Assembly (NCBI GenBank): GCA_021161905.1
Contig: JAGGZT010000060.1
Span: forward strand, 776 to 64,775
Length of the DNA stretch: 64,000 nucleotides
Source of the DNA: Acidobacteriota bacterium
GTDB lineage: Bacteria > Acidobacteriota > B3-B38 > Guanabaribacteriales > JAGGZT01
Direction of reading: 5' to 3'
Shown here in pieces: positions 37,857 to 47,896 of the stretch. A program made the translations under genes and the position numbers. Under the pieces are notes generated by a model. It saw only the letters and a program-made list of their open reading frames with translations. It was not told the DNA's origin and did not search any database. Position 1 is the stretch's first letter. Each line of letters begins with the position of its first letter.

Positions 37857-39074
37857 ATGCCGGAAGATATGGGAGCTTTTTCAAAGAAGATCGAGGAGTT
37901 AAAGGAGAAGATAGCCCGTAACCCCTCTTCGAGGCTTTTCCTTCAGCTTGCTGAGGAGTATCGCCGTTCAGGGAATCCAGAGGAGGCGATCGCTGTTCTT
38001 GAAGAAGGGCTAAAGCACCATCCTAATTATACTGCTGCCAAGGTTTGTCTTGCTAAAGCGTTGATCGATCTCAATCGTCTATCCGAGGCAAAGGATATTT
38101 TGGAAGAGGTAGTTAGGGTTGTCCCGGAGAATTTGGTAGCGAACCGTGCCCTTGCAGATATTTACTATATTCAGGGAAATACAGAGGCAGCCTTATCTCG
38201 ATATGAGCTCATCCAGATGTATAACCCTGCTGATAAGGAGATAACAGAGCGGATCGAAGAGATAAAGAAGTCTCTTCTCTCCGTCCCGGGCGAAATTCCT
38301 CAAGAACCAGAAGGGATGGAGGCGGAGGCTATCGAGGTGGGTGAGCCTCCACAGGAAGAGGCTATCAAGGAAGAGGTTGAGATAGCTCCTCCTCCGATGG
38401 AAGAAGCAGGTAAGAAGGAGGCTCCTCCGGTCGAAATGGAGATGCCACCTGAAGCGGGTGCCCCTCCCGAAGCACCTGTAGAGAAGGAATTGAAAACTCC
38501 ACTAGCTGAGTCTGCTCCCCTGCCAGATACCGGTTTGAGCGAGCTTAAGGAGGTAAATGAAGCTCCCTCCACAGAGGAAATGGTTCCTGAGGTGGAATTG
38601 GATCTTACCAATATAGAAGGAGAACTGTCAGAACTGGAGACGAAATTAGAGATCAACGCACCTCCTTCGGAAAAGAAGAGCACTTCCCCACCTCCAGCGG
38701 AAGCGGAAGTGAAGGTAGAAGGCTCCGTTTCGCAGGAAGAAGAATTTCTCACCCCCACGATGGCTGAGCTTTACGAAAGACAAGGTATGTTTGATAAAGC
38801 TCTTGAGATATATACCAGGTTGCTTAATAAGTATCCCAACAGCGCCGAGCTTAGGGATAGGATAGCAAGAGTTAAAGCGAGGATGGAAGGGAAGATAGGG
38901 GAACGCACAATTGAGGAGAAGATTCCCCCTAAGCCACCAGTTACCTCTGTTGAAGAGAAAGCTAAGGCTGCCTCTCCTCCTAAGATGGAGGGGCTCCCAG
39001 CCGATGTGAGGAAAAAGGAGAAGATAGATACCTTGAACAAGTGGCTTGAGACCATTAAGAAGATGCGAGGATAG
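37857..39074 (+). CDS. Cytoplasmic TPR protein with a central acidic Pro/Glu-rich repeat region (a FimV C-terminal-like arrangement).
   Basis: N-terminal TPRs, E/P/A-rich low-complexity core, C-terminal TPR (ELYERQGMFDKALEIYTRLLNKYPNSAEL); no signal peptide. Confidence 0.6.
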   Translation: MPEDMGAFSKKIEELKEKIARNPSSRLFLQLAEEYRRSGNPEEAIAVLEEGLKHHPNYTAAKVCLAKALIDLNRLSEAKDILEEVVRVVPENLVANRALADIYYIQGNTEAALSRYELIQMYNPADKEITERIEEIKKSLLSVPGEIPQEPEGMEAEAIEVGEPPQEEAIKEEVEIAPPPMEEAGKKEAPPVEMEMPPEAGAPPEAPVEKELKTPLAESAPLPDTGLSELKEVNEAPSTEEMVPEVELDLTNIEGELSELETKLEINAPPSEKKSTSPPPAEAEVKVEGSVSQEEEFLTPTMAELYERQGMFDKALEIYTRLLNKYPNSAELRDRIARVKARMEGKIGERTIEEKIPPKPPVTSVEEKAKAASPPKMEGLPADVRKKEKIDTLNKWLETIKKMRG

Positions 39075-39090
39075 GTTGGAGTAGTCGCTG

Positions 39091-39447
39091 ATGTTTCGAG
39101 AAGTATTAGAGCGGATTGTCGATTCTTTGAAGGAGACCTATGGTATTTTTGTAATGGACTCCGACGGGCTCTCGGTGGAGAAGGTGGTATTGGGGGATGA
39201 GGAGTATACCTTGGAGACGCTGGCGGTAGAATGTGCTAATTATATGAAGAATGCTCAGGTGATGCTCTCTAATCCTCAACTTGGTGGTGCAGATGAGCTC
39301 TTTTTAAGTGCCCAGCGGATACAAATTTTGGTAAAGACACTTTCTCCTGATTACTATTTAATATTATTTTTAAAACCGGGAGCCAGTGTGGGGCAAGCGA
39401 GGTACGAGCTTTCCAAAGCCAAGCTCGACTTAGCAAAGGAATTCTGA
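39091..39447 (+). CDS. Roadblock/LC7 (MglB-like) domain protein.
   Basis: 118 aa; pattern YGIFVMDSDGLSVEKV...LAVECANYM...LFLSAQRIQILVKT...LILFLKPGASVG matches the Roadblock/LC7 alpha-beta-alpha fold signature. Confidence 0.5.
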   Translation: MFREVLERIVDSLKETYGIFVMDSDGLSVEKVVLGDEEYTLETLAVECANYMKNAQVMLSNPQLGGADELFLSAQRIQILVKTLSPDYYLILFLKPGASVGQARYELSKAKLDLAKEF

Positions 39448-39503
39448 ATATAGTCTTCAGATCGGTTGAAGGGGGGCTTTCCTTCCCTTATTTTTTTATC
39501 CTG

Positions 39504-39532
39504 TTGACAGGAAAGGGTGGTGTTTTTATAAT
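39504..39532 (+). promoter_or_regulatory. Consensus sigma-70 promoter for efp-accBC.
   Basis: TTGACA (39504-09), 17 nt, TATAAT (39527-32); preceded by a weak hairpin plus T-run (39466-39500) that may terminate the roadblock transcript. Confidence 0.55.
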
Positions 39533-39571
39533 AATCCCGATTTTCGCTTACTGGAAGGAGGGAGGAAGAGG

Positions 39572-40135
39572 TTGTATACCACCAGTGATTTCAGGAATGG
39601 GCTAAAGATAGAGCTTGATGGAACGCCTTATGAAATCGTGGAGTTCTTACATGTGAAACCCGGTAAGGGAGGGGCTTTTGTCCGTACCAAGTTAAAGAAC
39701 TTAGAGACAGGGGCGGTTCTCGATCATACTTTCCGTGCTGGAGAGCGGGTGAAGAAGCCAGATCTTAAAGAGCGGACTGCTCAGTATCTTTACCGCGAGG
39801 GGGAGAACTATTTCTTTATGGATACCGAGACCTATGAGGAGTTGACCCTTAACGAAGACCATCTGGGAGAGGCGGCGAGCTTCCTCGTAGAAAACCTCGA
39901 GGTGATTATCCTTTATCACAATGATCGTCCTATAGGGGTAGAGTTGCCTATCTTTGTGGAGGTGAAGGTGGTAAAGACCGATCCTGGAATAAGGGGTGAT
40001 ACTGCCTCTGGTGGCACCAAACCTGCGGAGCTTGAATCTGGAGCAGTGGTTCAGGTCCCCTTGTTCATCGATGAGGGTGATATAATAAAGGTGGATACCC
40101 GTAGTGGAGAATATGTGGAACGGGTTTCAAAATAG
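39572..40135 (+). CDS. efp: Translation elongation factor P.
   Basis: TTG start; [40 protein letters not shown] (KOW-like domain with the conserved Lys loop); 187 aa. Confidence 0.9.
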   Translation: MYTTSDFRNGLKIELDGTPYEIVEFLHVKPGKGGAFVRTKLKNLETGAVLDHTFRAGERVKKPDLKERTAQYLYREGENYFFMDTETYEELTLNEDHLGEAASFLVENLEVIILYHNDRPIGVELPIFVEVKVVKTDPGIRGDTASGGTKPAELESGAVVQVPLFIDEGDIIKVDTRSGEYVERVSK

Positions 40136-40628
40136 GAGTGGAGAGGAAGTGAAGACTGAGGAGATTAAAGAGTTATTAAGGTTAATGGCAGAAGGTGATG
40201 TCCAGGAGTTTGAGTTGGAGTGGGAGGGGGTTAGGCTAAAGATCAAGAAGTACGATCGTTCTTTACCGCCCGTTATATCTAAAGAGGTGGTGGCGGTACC
40301 AGAGCCAGAGGTGCGAGAAGTTCCAGCCCAGCCGAGGGAGAAGGAGGCGAGGGAGGAAGAGGTTCATTCTGAAGACAATTTTTATATAGTTCGTTCTCCG
40401 ATTGTAGGCACTTTTTACCGGGCGCCGAATCCAGAAGCGGATCCCTTTGTTGAAATTGGCGATCATGTGGAGGAAGGACAGGTTCTCTGTATTGTAGAGG
40501 CGATGAAGATTATGAATGAGATCGCAGCGGAGAAGGCGGGGGAGGTGGTCAAGATATTTGTAGAGAACGCTCAGCCGGTGGAGTACGGGCAGGAGCTCTT
40601 TGCTATCAAGCCGAGTAACCCCTCATAA
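40104..40628 (+). CDS. accB: Biotin carboxyl carrier protein of acetyl-CoA carboxylase.
   Basis: C-terminal biotinyl domain with the EAMKIMNEI biotinylation motif; Pro/Glu-rich linker; exact start uncertain (40104 or 40113). Confidence 0.85.
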   Translation: MENMWNGFQNRSGEEVKTEEIKELLRLMAEGDVQEFELEWEGVRLKIKKYDRSLPPVISKEVVAVPEPEVREVPAQPREKEAREEEVHSEDNFYIVRSPIVGTFYRAPNPEADPFVEIGDHVEEGQVLCIVEAMKIMNEIAAEKAGEVVKIFVENAQPVEYGQELFAIKPSNPS

Positions 40629-40681
40629 TCCTTCTGCCAGCTTCAACCCGATAATCCCCTGGGCTAACCAACGAGGGAGGT

Positions 40682-42019
40682 ATGTTTAAAAAGATTCTCA
40701 TCGCCAATAGAGGGGAGATCGCCCTTCGGATCATCTGGGCGTGCAAGGAGTTGGGGATAAAGACGGTTGCCGTTTATTCCGAAGCAGATCGGGATGCCCT
40801 CCATGTTAAATTTGCCGATGAAAGCATCTGCATCGGTCCCCCAAAGAGTGGGGATTCCTACCTTAATATCGCCAGCATAATCAGTGCCGCTGAGGTCACT
40901 GGCGCTGAGGCTATCCATCCGGGATATGGTTTTCTTGCTGAGAATCCTCAATTTGCCGAAGTATGCGATTCTTGCGGAATAACATTCATTGGTCCTTCCG
41001 CTGAGGTGATAAAGCTTATGGGCAATAAGTCGGAAGCGCGAAAGCTGATGAGCGATATCGGGGTTCCCGTTACTTCAGGGAGCAAGGATACGGTGAGCTC
41101 AGTGAAGGAGGCAGCAAAGATAGCTACCAAGATCGGATATCCCATAATGCTTAAGGCATCGGCGGGTGGTGGAGGGAGGGGGATGCGGATAGTCTATTCT
41201 GAGGATGAACTTCCGGAGCATTTTAAGATGGCTCAGGTGGAGGCGGAGGCGGCTTTCGGCGACCCCAGTCTTTATGTGGAGAAGTATGTGGAGCATCCAC
41301 GACACATTGAGTTTCAGATAATAGGAGATCTAAAGGGGAATATCGTTCATCTCGGAGAGAGGGAATGCTCCATCCAACGACGGCATCAGAAGTTGGTCGA
41401 GGAGTCCCCGTCCCCTGCGCTTGATGAAAGGTTACGAGCGGAGATAGCAGAGGCTGCCATAACTGCGGCTAAGGCAGTCCAGTACTTCAGTGTAGGAACA
41501 GTTGAATTTCTTCTCGACAGCGAGAAGAATTTTTACTTTATGGAGATGAACACCAGGATCCAGGTGGAGCATCCAGTTACCGAGATGGTTACGGGGATAG
41601 ACCTGGTAAAGGAACAGATAAGGATCGCCGCAGGGAAGAAGCTTAGCTTCTCCCAGAAGGATGTCCGCTTCATCGGCCATAGCATCGAGTGTCGGATAAA
41701 TGCTGAGGACCCGAAGACAATGATCCCCTCGCCGGGCAGGATCACCGGTCTCTATCTCCCTACCGGTCCTGGGATAAGGGTGGATACCGCTGCCTATGCA
41801 GGGTATCAAGTCCCGCCCTATTATGATTCCCTTCTCGCTAAACTGATATCCTATGGCAGGGATAGGAAAGAGGCGATAAATCGAATGAAGCGGGCACTTG
41901 AGGCGACGATCGTGGAGGGTTTGAAGACCAATGTCCGCCTTCACCAGGCGATAATCAGCCATCCCGATTTCGTTGCCGGTAATCTCGATACCGGCTTTTT
42001 AAATAAGGTAAAGCTCTAA
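40682..42019 (+). CDS. accC: Biotin carboxylase.
   Basis: [20 protein letters not shown]...ATP-grasp domain...biotin carboxylase C-terminus; 445 aa. Confidence 0.95.
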   Translation: MFKKILIANRGEIALRIIWACKELGIKTVAVYSEADRDALHVKFADESICIGPPKSGDSYLNIASIISAAEVTGAEAIHPGYGFLAENPQFAEVCDSCGITFIGPSAEVIKLMGNKSEARKLMSDIGVPVTSGSKDTVSSVKEAAKIATKIGYPIMLKASAGGGGRGMRIVYSEDELPEHFKMAQVEAEAAFGDPSLYVEKYVEHPRHIEFQIIGDLKGNIVHLGERECSIQRRHQKLVEESPSPALDERLRAEIAEAAITAAKAVQYFSVGTVEFLLDSEKNFYFMEMNTRIQVEHPVTEMVTGIDLVKEQIRIAAGKKLSFSQKDVRFIGHSIECRINAEDPKTMIPSPGRITGLYLPTGPGIRVDTAAYAGYQVPPYYDSLLAKLISYGRDRKEAINRMKRALEATIVEGLKTNVRLHQAIISHPDFVAGNLDTGFLNKVKL

Positions 42020-42046
42020 TCGATATCTTAGAGAAGGGAGTTTATT

Positions 42047-43504
42047 ATGGAGAAGAAGGAGACTTTTTCTTCACGGTGGGGTCTTATCTTAGCTTCCTTG
42101 GGGATGGCGATAGGCTGTGGCAATATCTGGCGGTTTCCCCGAATAGCGGCGAGCAATGGTGGGGCGGCGTTTCTCATCCCTTGGATAATATTCCTTGTTC
42201 TCTGGTCCATCCCCCTCCTTATCATCGAGTATTCCTTGGGGAGAGGGACCCGGATGGGGGTGATAGGTTCCTTTGGCAAGATTATGGGACCCAAGTACTC
42301 CTTTATGGGGGGATTTATCGCCTTCTGCAGTATGGCTATTATGTTTTATTATTCCGTAGTTACCGGATGGTGCATCAAGTATTTTCTTCGAGGGGTGATG
42401 GGAACTCCTCTTTTAAAGGCTCGTGATTACTGGGGGAGCTTTACTTCCTCCTACCAGCCGATACTTTTTCATCTATTGGCTGTGCTTCTCGGCTCCTTTA
42501 TCATCTATCGAGGAATAGAAGCGGGGATAGAAAAGGCGAGCAAATTCCTTATCCCCTCCCTCTTTTTACTTTTGGTGATAGCAGCTGTTCGAGCGATAAC
42601 CCTTCCCGGTGCAGTAAAGGGGCTTAACTTCCTCTTCAACCCAGAATGGCATTATCTCCGCGATTATCGGGTGTGGCTTCAGGGGCTTACCCAATCAGCC
42701 TGGTCCACCGGTGCCGGTTGGGGGCTTATCCTCACCTATGCCGTCTATATGAAGAAGCGTGAGGATACGGTCTTGAACTCTTTCATCGTTGGCTTCGGCA
42801 ATGACGCCGCTTCCCTTCTCGCTGGTCTTGCCATAATTCCCACCATATTTGCCCTTTTGCCACCCGCCGAAGCGGAGTCGGTGATTAAAGGAAGTGATAA
42901 TATTGGTCTCACTTTCATTTCGATCCCCACTTTGTTTAGTAAAATGCCAGCCGGTTCTTTTTTCATGTCTTTGTTCTTCCTCTCCCTTACTTTTGCTGCT
43001 TTGAGTTCCCTTATATCTATGCTTGAGCTTACCTGTCGTATCTTTATGGACGCGGGGCTTACAAGGAAAAAGGCTGTCTTCTTCGTTGGAGTTATGACCT
43101 TCCTTCTCGGGCTTCCCTCTGCTTTCAGTTTAACCTTTTTTGAGAATCAGGATTGGGTTTGGGGACTCGGATTGATGGTCTCCGGCTTTTTCTTTGCCAT
43201 CGCCATCACTCGTTATGGGGTTTCCCGATTTCGAGAGGAATGGGTTAATGCCGAGGGATGCGACCTTAAGGTGGGGCGTTGGTTCGATATCCTTGTCAAA
43301 TACTTTATTCCGGTGGAGTTTGTCCTGATGCTCTCCTGGTGGTTTTATCAAGCGGTTCGTTGGGATCCAAAGGGATGGTGGGATATAACGAAGCCTACCT
43401 CACTCGGCACCTGCCTTTTTCAGTGGTTGTTGGTGATATTTCTCTTCATTATTGCAAATCGGTGGGTTGTTAAAAAGACATTTAGAGGGGAGGCGACGAA
43501 ATGA
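42047..43504 (+). CDS. Sodium-dependent transporter, neurotransmitter:sodium symporter (NSS/SNF) family.
   Basis: RWGLILASLGMAIGCGNIWRFP signature at the N-terminus; 12 TM pattern. Confidence 0.85.
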   Translation: MEKKETFSSRWGLILASLGMAIGCGNIWRFPRIAASNGGAAFLIPWIIFLVLWSIPLLIIEYSLGRGTRMGVIGSFGKIMGPKYSFMGGFIAFCSMAIMFYYSVVTGWCIKYFLRGVMGTPLLKARDYWGSFTSSYQPILFHLLAVLLGSFIIYRGIEAGIEKASKFLIPSLFLLLVIAAVRAITLPGAVKGLNFLFNPEWHYLRDYRVWLQGLTQSAWSTGAGWGLILTYAVYMKKREDTVLNSFIVGFGNDAASLLAGLAIIPTIFALLPPAEAESVIKGSDNIGLTFISIPTLFSKMPAGSFFMSLFFLSLTFAALSSLISMLELTCRIFMDAGLTRKKAVFFVGVMTFLLGLPSAFSLTFFENQDWVWGLGLMVSGFFFAIAITRYGVSRFREEWVNAEGCDLKVGRWFDILVKYFIPVEFVLMLSWWFYQAVRWDPKGWWDITKPTSLGTCLFQWLLVIFLFIIANRWVVKKTFRGEATK

Positions 43505-43623
43505 AAGCGGGAACGATAATAATGATGATAATCTTCCTCGGGGGTGTTTGGGGAATATTTATTTATCTACTTGGGTTGGCAGTAAAAAAAGAGAGGGAAA
43601 AATCCATCTATAAGGAGGAGTAA
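43501..43623 (+). CDS. Predicted small single-TM protein (40 aa) between the two NSS genes.
   Basis: ATG overlaps the NSS1 stop (ATGA); MKAGTIIMMIIFLGGVWGIFIYLLGLAVKKEREKSIYKEE; GGAGG RBS for NSS2 lies in its 3' end. Not in the ORF track (below 60 aa). Confidence 0.35.
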   Translation: MKAGTIIMMIIFLGGVWGIFIYLLGLAVKKEREKSIYKEE

Positions 43624-43625
43624 AG

Positions 43626-45110
43626 GTGGCAAGAGGAGGAAGAGAACATTGGGGGAGTAGAGTTGGCTTTATCCTTGCCGCTGCCGGTTCAGCGGTGGGC
43701 TTGGGCAATATCTGGCGGTTCCCTTACTATACCGGGGTGAACGGAGGAGCAGTTTTTGTGATGGTTTATATCCTTTGTGTAATCCTTTTGGGTTTTCCCC
43801 TTATGTTTGCCGAACTATCCTTAGGCAGGCGAACCCAGAAGAACGCAGTTGGTGCCTTTCTCTCTGTTAAACCTCACAGTCCTTGGTTCCTTGCTGGTTC
43901 TCTGGGAGTATTGGCGGGTTTCCTCATCCTTTCCTATTACAGTGTGGTTGCGGGTTGGACTATAGGTTACTTTATTGAGTCTCTACTCGGGGTGTTCCGT
44001 TCCTTTCATAACGCAACTGAAGTAGCCAATTATTTCAAGGCGTTTTCCGCTAATCCCGTTAAGGCAGTAGGCTATCATGCTCTTTTTATGGTACTTTGTA
44101 TGCTGATCGTCATCCGAGGGGTGAAGGCGGGTATAGAGCGGTGGAGTAAGATATTGATGCCCACCCTATTTGGCATTCTCGTTTTATCCATTATTCGCGC
44201 TCTCACCCTGCCTGGGTCCTTTTCTGGGGTTAAGTTCTTCATCTTTCCCGACTTTTCCCATTTTTCTCTCGATACTGTCTTTTTGGCAATGGGTCAAGCC
44301 TTTTATTCCCTCTCTCTCGGGATGGGATGTATGATCACCTATGGAAGTTATCTCTCCCGTAAGAGCAATATCCCGAGCAATGGAATCTGGATAGCGGGAT
44401 TGGATACGATGGTTGCTTTTCTTGCTGGTTTTGCTATCTTCCCCGCTGTGTTTGCCTTTGGACTTAAGCCAGAAGGAGGTCCTGGTCTTGTCTTTCAAAC
44501 CCTACCTAATATATTCCGGGTTATGCCGGGTGGGGTGGTATTTGCTCCCCTCTTCTTCCTCCTTCTCCTGATAGCTGCTCTTACCTCAGGGATCTCTCTC
44601 CTCGAGGTGGTTACCGCTTACTTTGTGGATGAGAAAGGTTGGTCTCGGAAGAAGACCGTTCTTATAACGGGAACGATCATCTTCTTTATGGGAATTCCTT
44701 CCGCTCTTTCCTACGGTAAGCTGGCAAAACCAATAGTTTTTGGAAAAACCCCATTTGATTTCGTGGATAAATTGACCGCCAACTACCTTCTTCCCTTAGG
44801 TTCCATTCTTATCGCTGTGTTTGTAGGATATATCTGGGGAAGGGATAAGGCGTCTCGAGAGATAATGGATGGGGCACCTGGTTTCAAACTTGCACCATTG
44901 TGGCTCTTCCTCCTTCGGTATTTTTGCCCTGTGGTAGTGGCGCAGATACTCATCTTCGGTTTTCTCTCGGAGTTCACCTCACCCGCAGTTCAGGCTTTCA
45001 CCAAGATCCTCCAACGGTATTTCATAATCGCTGATATTGCCCTTCTTGGAGTAGTAGCTGTATGGACGGCTCACTTCTTCTTGAGAAAGGGGAGGAAGTT
45101 CTCGCTGTAG
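43626..45110 (+). CDS. Second NSS/SNF-family sodium-dependent transporter (tandem paralogue).
   Basis: WGSRVGFILAAAGSAVGLGNIWRFP signature; 494 aa. Confidence 0.85.
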   Translation: MARGGREHWGSRVGFILAAAGSAVGLGNIWRFPYYTGVNGGAVFVMVYILCVILLGFPLMFAELSLGRRTQKNAVGAFLSVKPHSPWFLAGSLGVLAGFLILSYYSVVAGWTIGYFIESLLGVFRSFHNATEVANYFKAFSANPVKAVGYHALFMVLCMLIVIRGVKAGIERWSKILMPTLFGILVLSIIRALTLPGSFSGVKFFIFPDFSHFSLDTVFLAMGQAFYSLSLGMGCMITYGSYLSRKSNIPSNGIWIAGLDTMVAFLAGFAIFPAVFAFGLKPEGGPGLVFQTLPNIFRVMPGGVVFAPLFFLLLLIAALTSGISLLEVVTAYFVDEKGWSRKKTVLITGTIIFFMGIPSALSYGKLAKPIVFGKTPFDFVDKLTANYLLPLGSILIAVFVGYIWGRDKASREIMDGAPGFKLAPLWLFLLRYFCPVVVAQILIFGFLSEFTSPAVQAFTKILQRYFIIADIALLGVVAVWTAHFFLRKGRKFSL

Positions 45111-45115
45111 TTTTT

Positions 45116-46411
45116 CTAACCTTGAGCTGAAAAAATCCCTAGCCCAAATAAGGTATAGAGGAGGACCGCGAGTCCAAGAAAGGCAAACCCTATCCTTTTC
45201 CTCTCTTCCTTCCAGAGATGAAGGCAGAGGAGAAAAAGGAACCAGCCTATAACTGGCCACCATTCAGAGGGGGTATTTAACCAGTAGTTGCCAAAGGCTT
45301 CATTCCTCCAGATACCAGCGAATATTAGAGATAGAGTGTAAAGAAGAAAGCCGCTTTCGATCATATTGAGGGAGACTTCACTTAAAAGGTTTTCCTCAGG
45401 TAGATTTTCCGAGATTGAATGATAGGAGAAACTCAGAAACACGAAGAAGATACTTAAGAAAACAGAACTAACGATAGAGGAGAATTCAAAGGGATTAGAG
45501 GCAAAATATACCTCAGGTATTTGTGGTATTTGATAGATGAGTAGAGCCAATCCGATGACTTGAAAGGGGAGGGCGATCCGAGCAAAAAAGAGGGCTTTTT
45601 TCTCCAATTTCTGTTCCTTCTGGAAGAAATATATGAGATACAACACAAAAGAGATGGAGATCAGGCATAGGGAGATTAGAAAGACCTTTCCTACAAAAGG
45701 GATATGGATCTTTAAGGGGAGAAGATCACTCAGTTCCTCACGGCTATATCCTTCCCTCAAGAACAGATTAAAGACATTTCTTGCTGAGGTGAATCTTTTC
45801 TCATCTCCTATTTGATGGAGGATCATTCTATTGAGGTGGTAAGATCCCCGAAGTATGGAGCCACTATCGAGTAGGAAATAGGTTAGCGCTACACCACCAG
45901 TGAGCCAAAGTCCTATAGAGGAGAGGGGAGTCCTTGTCTTTAAGAGATAGAGTAAAAGTAAGCCGAGTCCTATGGAGAAAAAACCATACCCGATTACTCC
46001 ACATATAGAGTGGAGAAAGAACCAATGGCTATTAAGAGTAGGAGGGATATGAGAGATTGTCTTTTCTGGTAGGATGAGAGCTAATCCAAGGAAGAAGAGG
46101 GCTATTGGGAGAAGGATTACCCCCCCCACCCTTAATTCATAATGGCGTTCGAGAACGAAGTGGATGATGATAATAGTGAGGGAAAGGAGGAGAGAAGCTT
46201 CAAAGGTGCTCGAAAAAATAATCCTCCTGGCGAACAATAAGCGAAGGAAAATGCCCGAAGCAAGGGAAATGGTTCCAACCAGACCAGCTGTTGTGGCTCC
46301 CTCCCACCACTCGTTCTTCTTTCTTAAGAGAAAAATCAAATAGAGAAAGAAGGAGAAGGATAGAATAGAGAAAGAAAGAAGAAAAAGCACCATCTGAATA
46401 TGAAAACCCAT
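45116..46411 (-). CDS. ccsA: Cytochrome c biogenesis protein CcsA/ResC (system II haem handling).
   Basis: Trp-rich WWD-like motif GIWRNEAFGNYWLNTPSEWW; polytopic membrane protein; adjacent to resB. Confidence 0.65.
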   Translation of the reverse strand: MGFHIQMVLFLLSFSILSFSFFLYLIFLLRKKNEWWEGATTAGLVGTISLASGIFLRLLFARRIIFSSTFEASLLLSLTIIIIHFVLERHYELRVGGVILLPIALFFLGLALILPEKTISHIPPTLNSHWFFLHSICGVIGYGFFSIGLGLLLLYLLKTRTPLSSIGLWLTGGVALTYFLLDSGSILRGSYHLNRMILHQIGDEKRFTSARNVFNLFLREGYSREELSDLLPLKIHIPFVGKVFLISLCLISISFVLYLIYFFQKEQKLEKKALFFARIALPFQVIGLALLIYQIPQIPEVYFASNPFEFSSIVSSVFLSIFFVFLSFSYHSISENLPEENLLSEVSLNMIESGFLLYTLSLIFAGIWRNEAFGNYWLNTPSEWWPVIGWFLFLLCLHLWKEERKRIGFAFLGLAVLLYTLFGLGIFSAQG

Positions 46412-46429
46412 TTTCTTGTCCCGTTTCTC

Positions 46430-47896
46430 CTACAATCTTACTCTAAGGCTTTCCATCAACTGTTCCATCCTCTTCTCAAAGAAGAAGTAATTCCTGTGAA
46501 AACCTCCACCGATAAAAAGTAATGTCTGTTTGCCTTTTTTAAAGATTAAAGCCACTACCGAAGCAGGAGGAAAGAGAAGAATGAGGAAGAGCCCAAAGCT
46601 TATTACTCCTCCACCAAGAGCTACTATTTTTACTCCTGGGTCTTTGACCAGCTCGAACCCAACTCGAGCCAACTCCTTTTTATTTACCCTTAGGGAGAAG
46701 GTTACGGGTAGTCCCGGAAGACGATTCAGTTCAGGATGTTTGGCTAAGACCCATAATTTGGTTATTTCCCCTGTTTTTGGGATTATCTCTATTTCAAGGG
46801 CGGGGTTCCTTAACTCCTGCGAGCGGGAGAAGGGAGTGGTACCGCTCATCACGAAGTCAGGGATGAAACGAAGAGGGACAACTTTCAAACCTTCTTCAGG
46901 ATATTCCAGTTCTTCGCCGAACTTTGTTATATGGTAGGTTCTCCTGTTTTCACCCTCTAATCCACTTATATCGAGAGTATATCCCTTTATTTTTGTCTCC
47001 GCTTTCTCTGTAAATTCATCAATTATAAGGTTAAATCCACGAAAAGAAAGGGGGTGGTTTGTCCTTACCGTCTTTTCCTTTGTCTTTTCTCCATTTATAG
47101 TAATAAATGCTCTCGCTTCCCATTCCTTGATCATACCGTTCTGATAGTAGGAGGCTTTAGCCCAGTCTAATCCCACTGAGAAGGGAAGGGAAATATCCTT
47201 GCCATCGCTGCTCACCATTTTGGAAGTTGTTTCTCCCTCCACCAGACTTATTCTGCCCCTTAAGGCGTAGCGTGAGCTTATAAAGACTCCGCTAAGAAGC
47301 AGGATGAACCCTAAATGGGAGATGAGAAAACCGAACCTTCCCAGCCTACCTCTCACCCCAAAAAGGAGAACTCGTTTCTCCTCCCTTCTTTTTATCTTGA
47401 ACCCTAATTCCTTAAAGTCGGTTGTTATTTTTTCTTCCATTTTTTCTATCGGAGGACCATTGGGTAATGAGAGGAGACGGCTGAAGGGATAATTCTGGAA
47501 GTTCTCCGGATCTGGGATCCTCTCAGGAGGTTTTATCTCTCTCAATACCTTGGGAAGGTTCACTATGGTTGAGGCGATGATGTTAATGAGAAGAAGGAAA
47601 AAGAGACCTTTAAACCAAAGCGAGTGGTAAATCCGGAAGAGCTCTATCCTTATAAAGATTGCGTAGAGAAAGGAGGGATATTCCCTCTTTATCGATTCCA
47701 AGGAGACGAAATCCTCTTGAGGAATTATCGTTCCCAAAATGGCAGAGATAACGATGAATACAACGATAAAAATGGTAAGCTTCCTTGAGGCAAACACCCC
47801 AAGGAATGAAGATTTGCCTTTCTTCATTATATTAGTATGCCTTGGCGAAGTAGACCTTTTTTCTCGCTTGCTTGCCGCAGCGAATGCACTTGCCAT
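46430..47896 (-). CDS. resB: Cytochrome c biogenesis protein ResB/Ccs1. True start is probably the internal Met (MKKGK...).
   Basis: N-terminal SAILGTIIPQ...LFRIYHSLWFKGLFFLLLINIIASTI ResB signature, large periplasmic domain, C-terminal TM. Confidence 0.7.
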   Translation of the reverse strand: MASAFAAASKREKRSTSPRHTNIMKKGKSSFLGVFASRKLTIFIVVFIVISAILGTIIPQEDFVSLESIKREYPSFLYAIFIRIELFRIYHSLWFKGLFFLLLINIIASTIVNLPKVLREIKPPERIPDPENFQNYPFSRLLSLPNGPPIEKMEEKITTDFKELGFKIKRREEKRVLLFGVRGRLGRFGFLISHLGFILLLSGVFISSRYALRGRISLVEGETTSKMVSSDGKDISLPFSVGLDWAKASYYQNGMIKEWEARAFITINGEKTKEKTVRTNHPLSFRGFNLIIDEFTEKAETKIKGYTLDISGLEGENRRTYHITKFGEELEYPEEGLKVVPLRFIPDFVMSGTTPFSRSQELRNPALEIEIIPKTGEITKLWVLAKHPELNRLPGLPVTFSLRVNKKELARVGFELVKDPGVKIVALGGGVISFGLFLILLFPPASVVALIFKKGKQTLLFIGGGFHRNYFFFEKRMEQLMESLRVRL

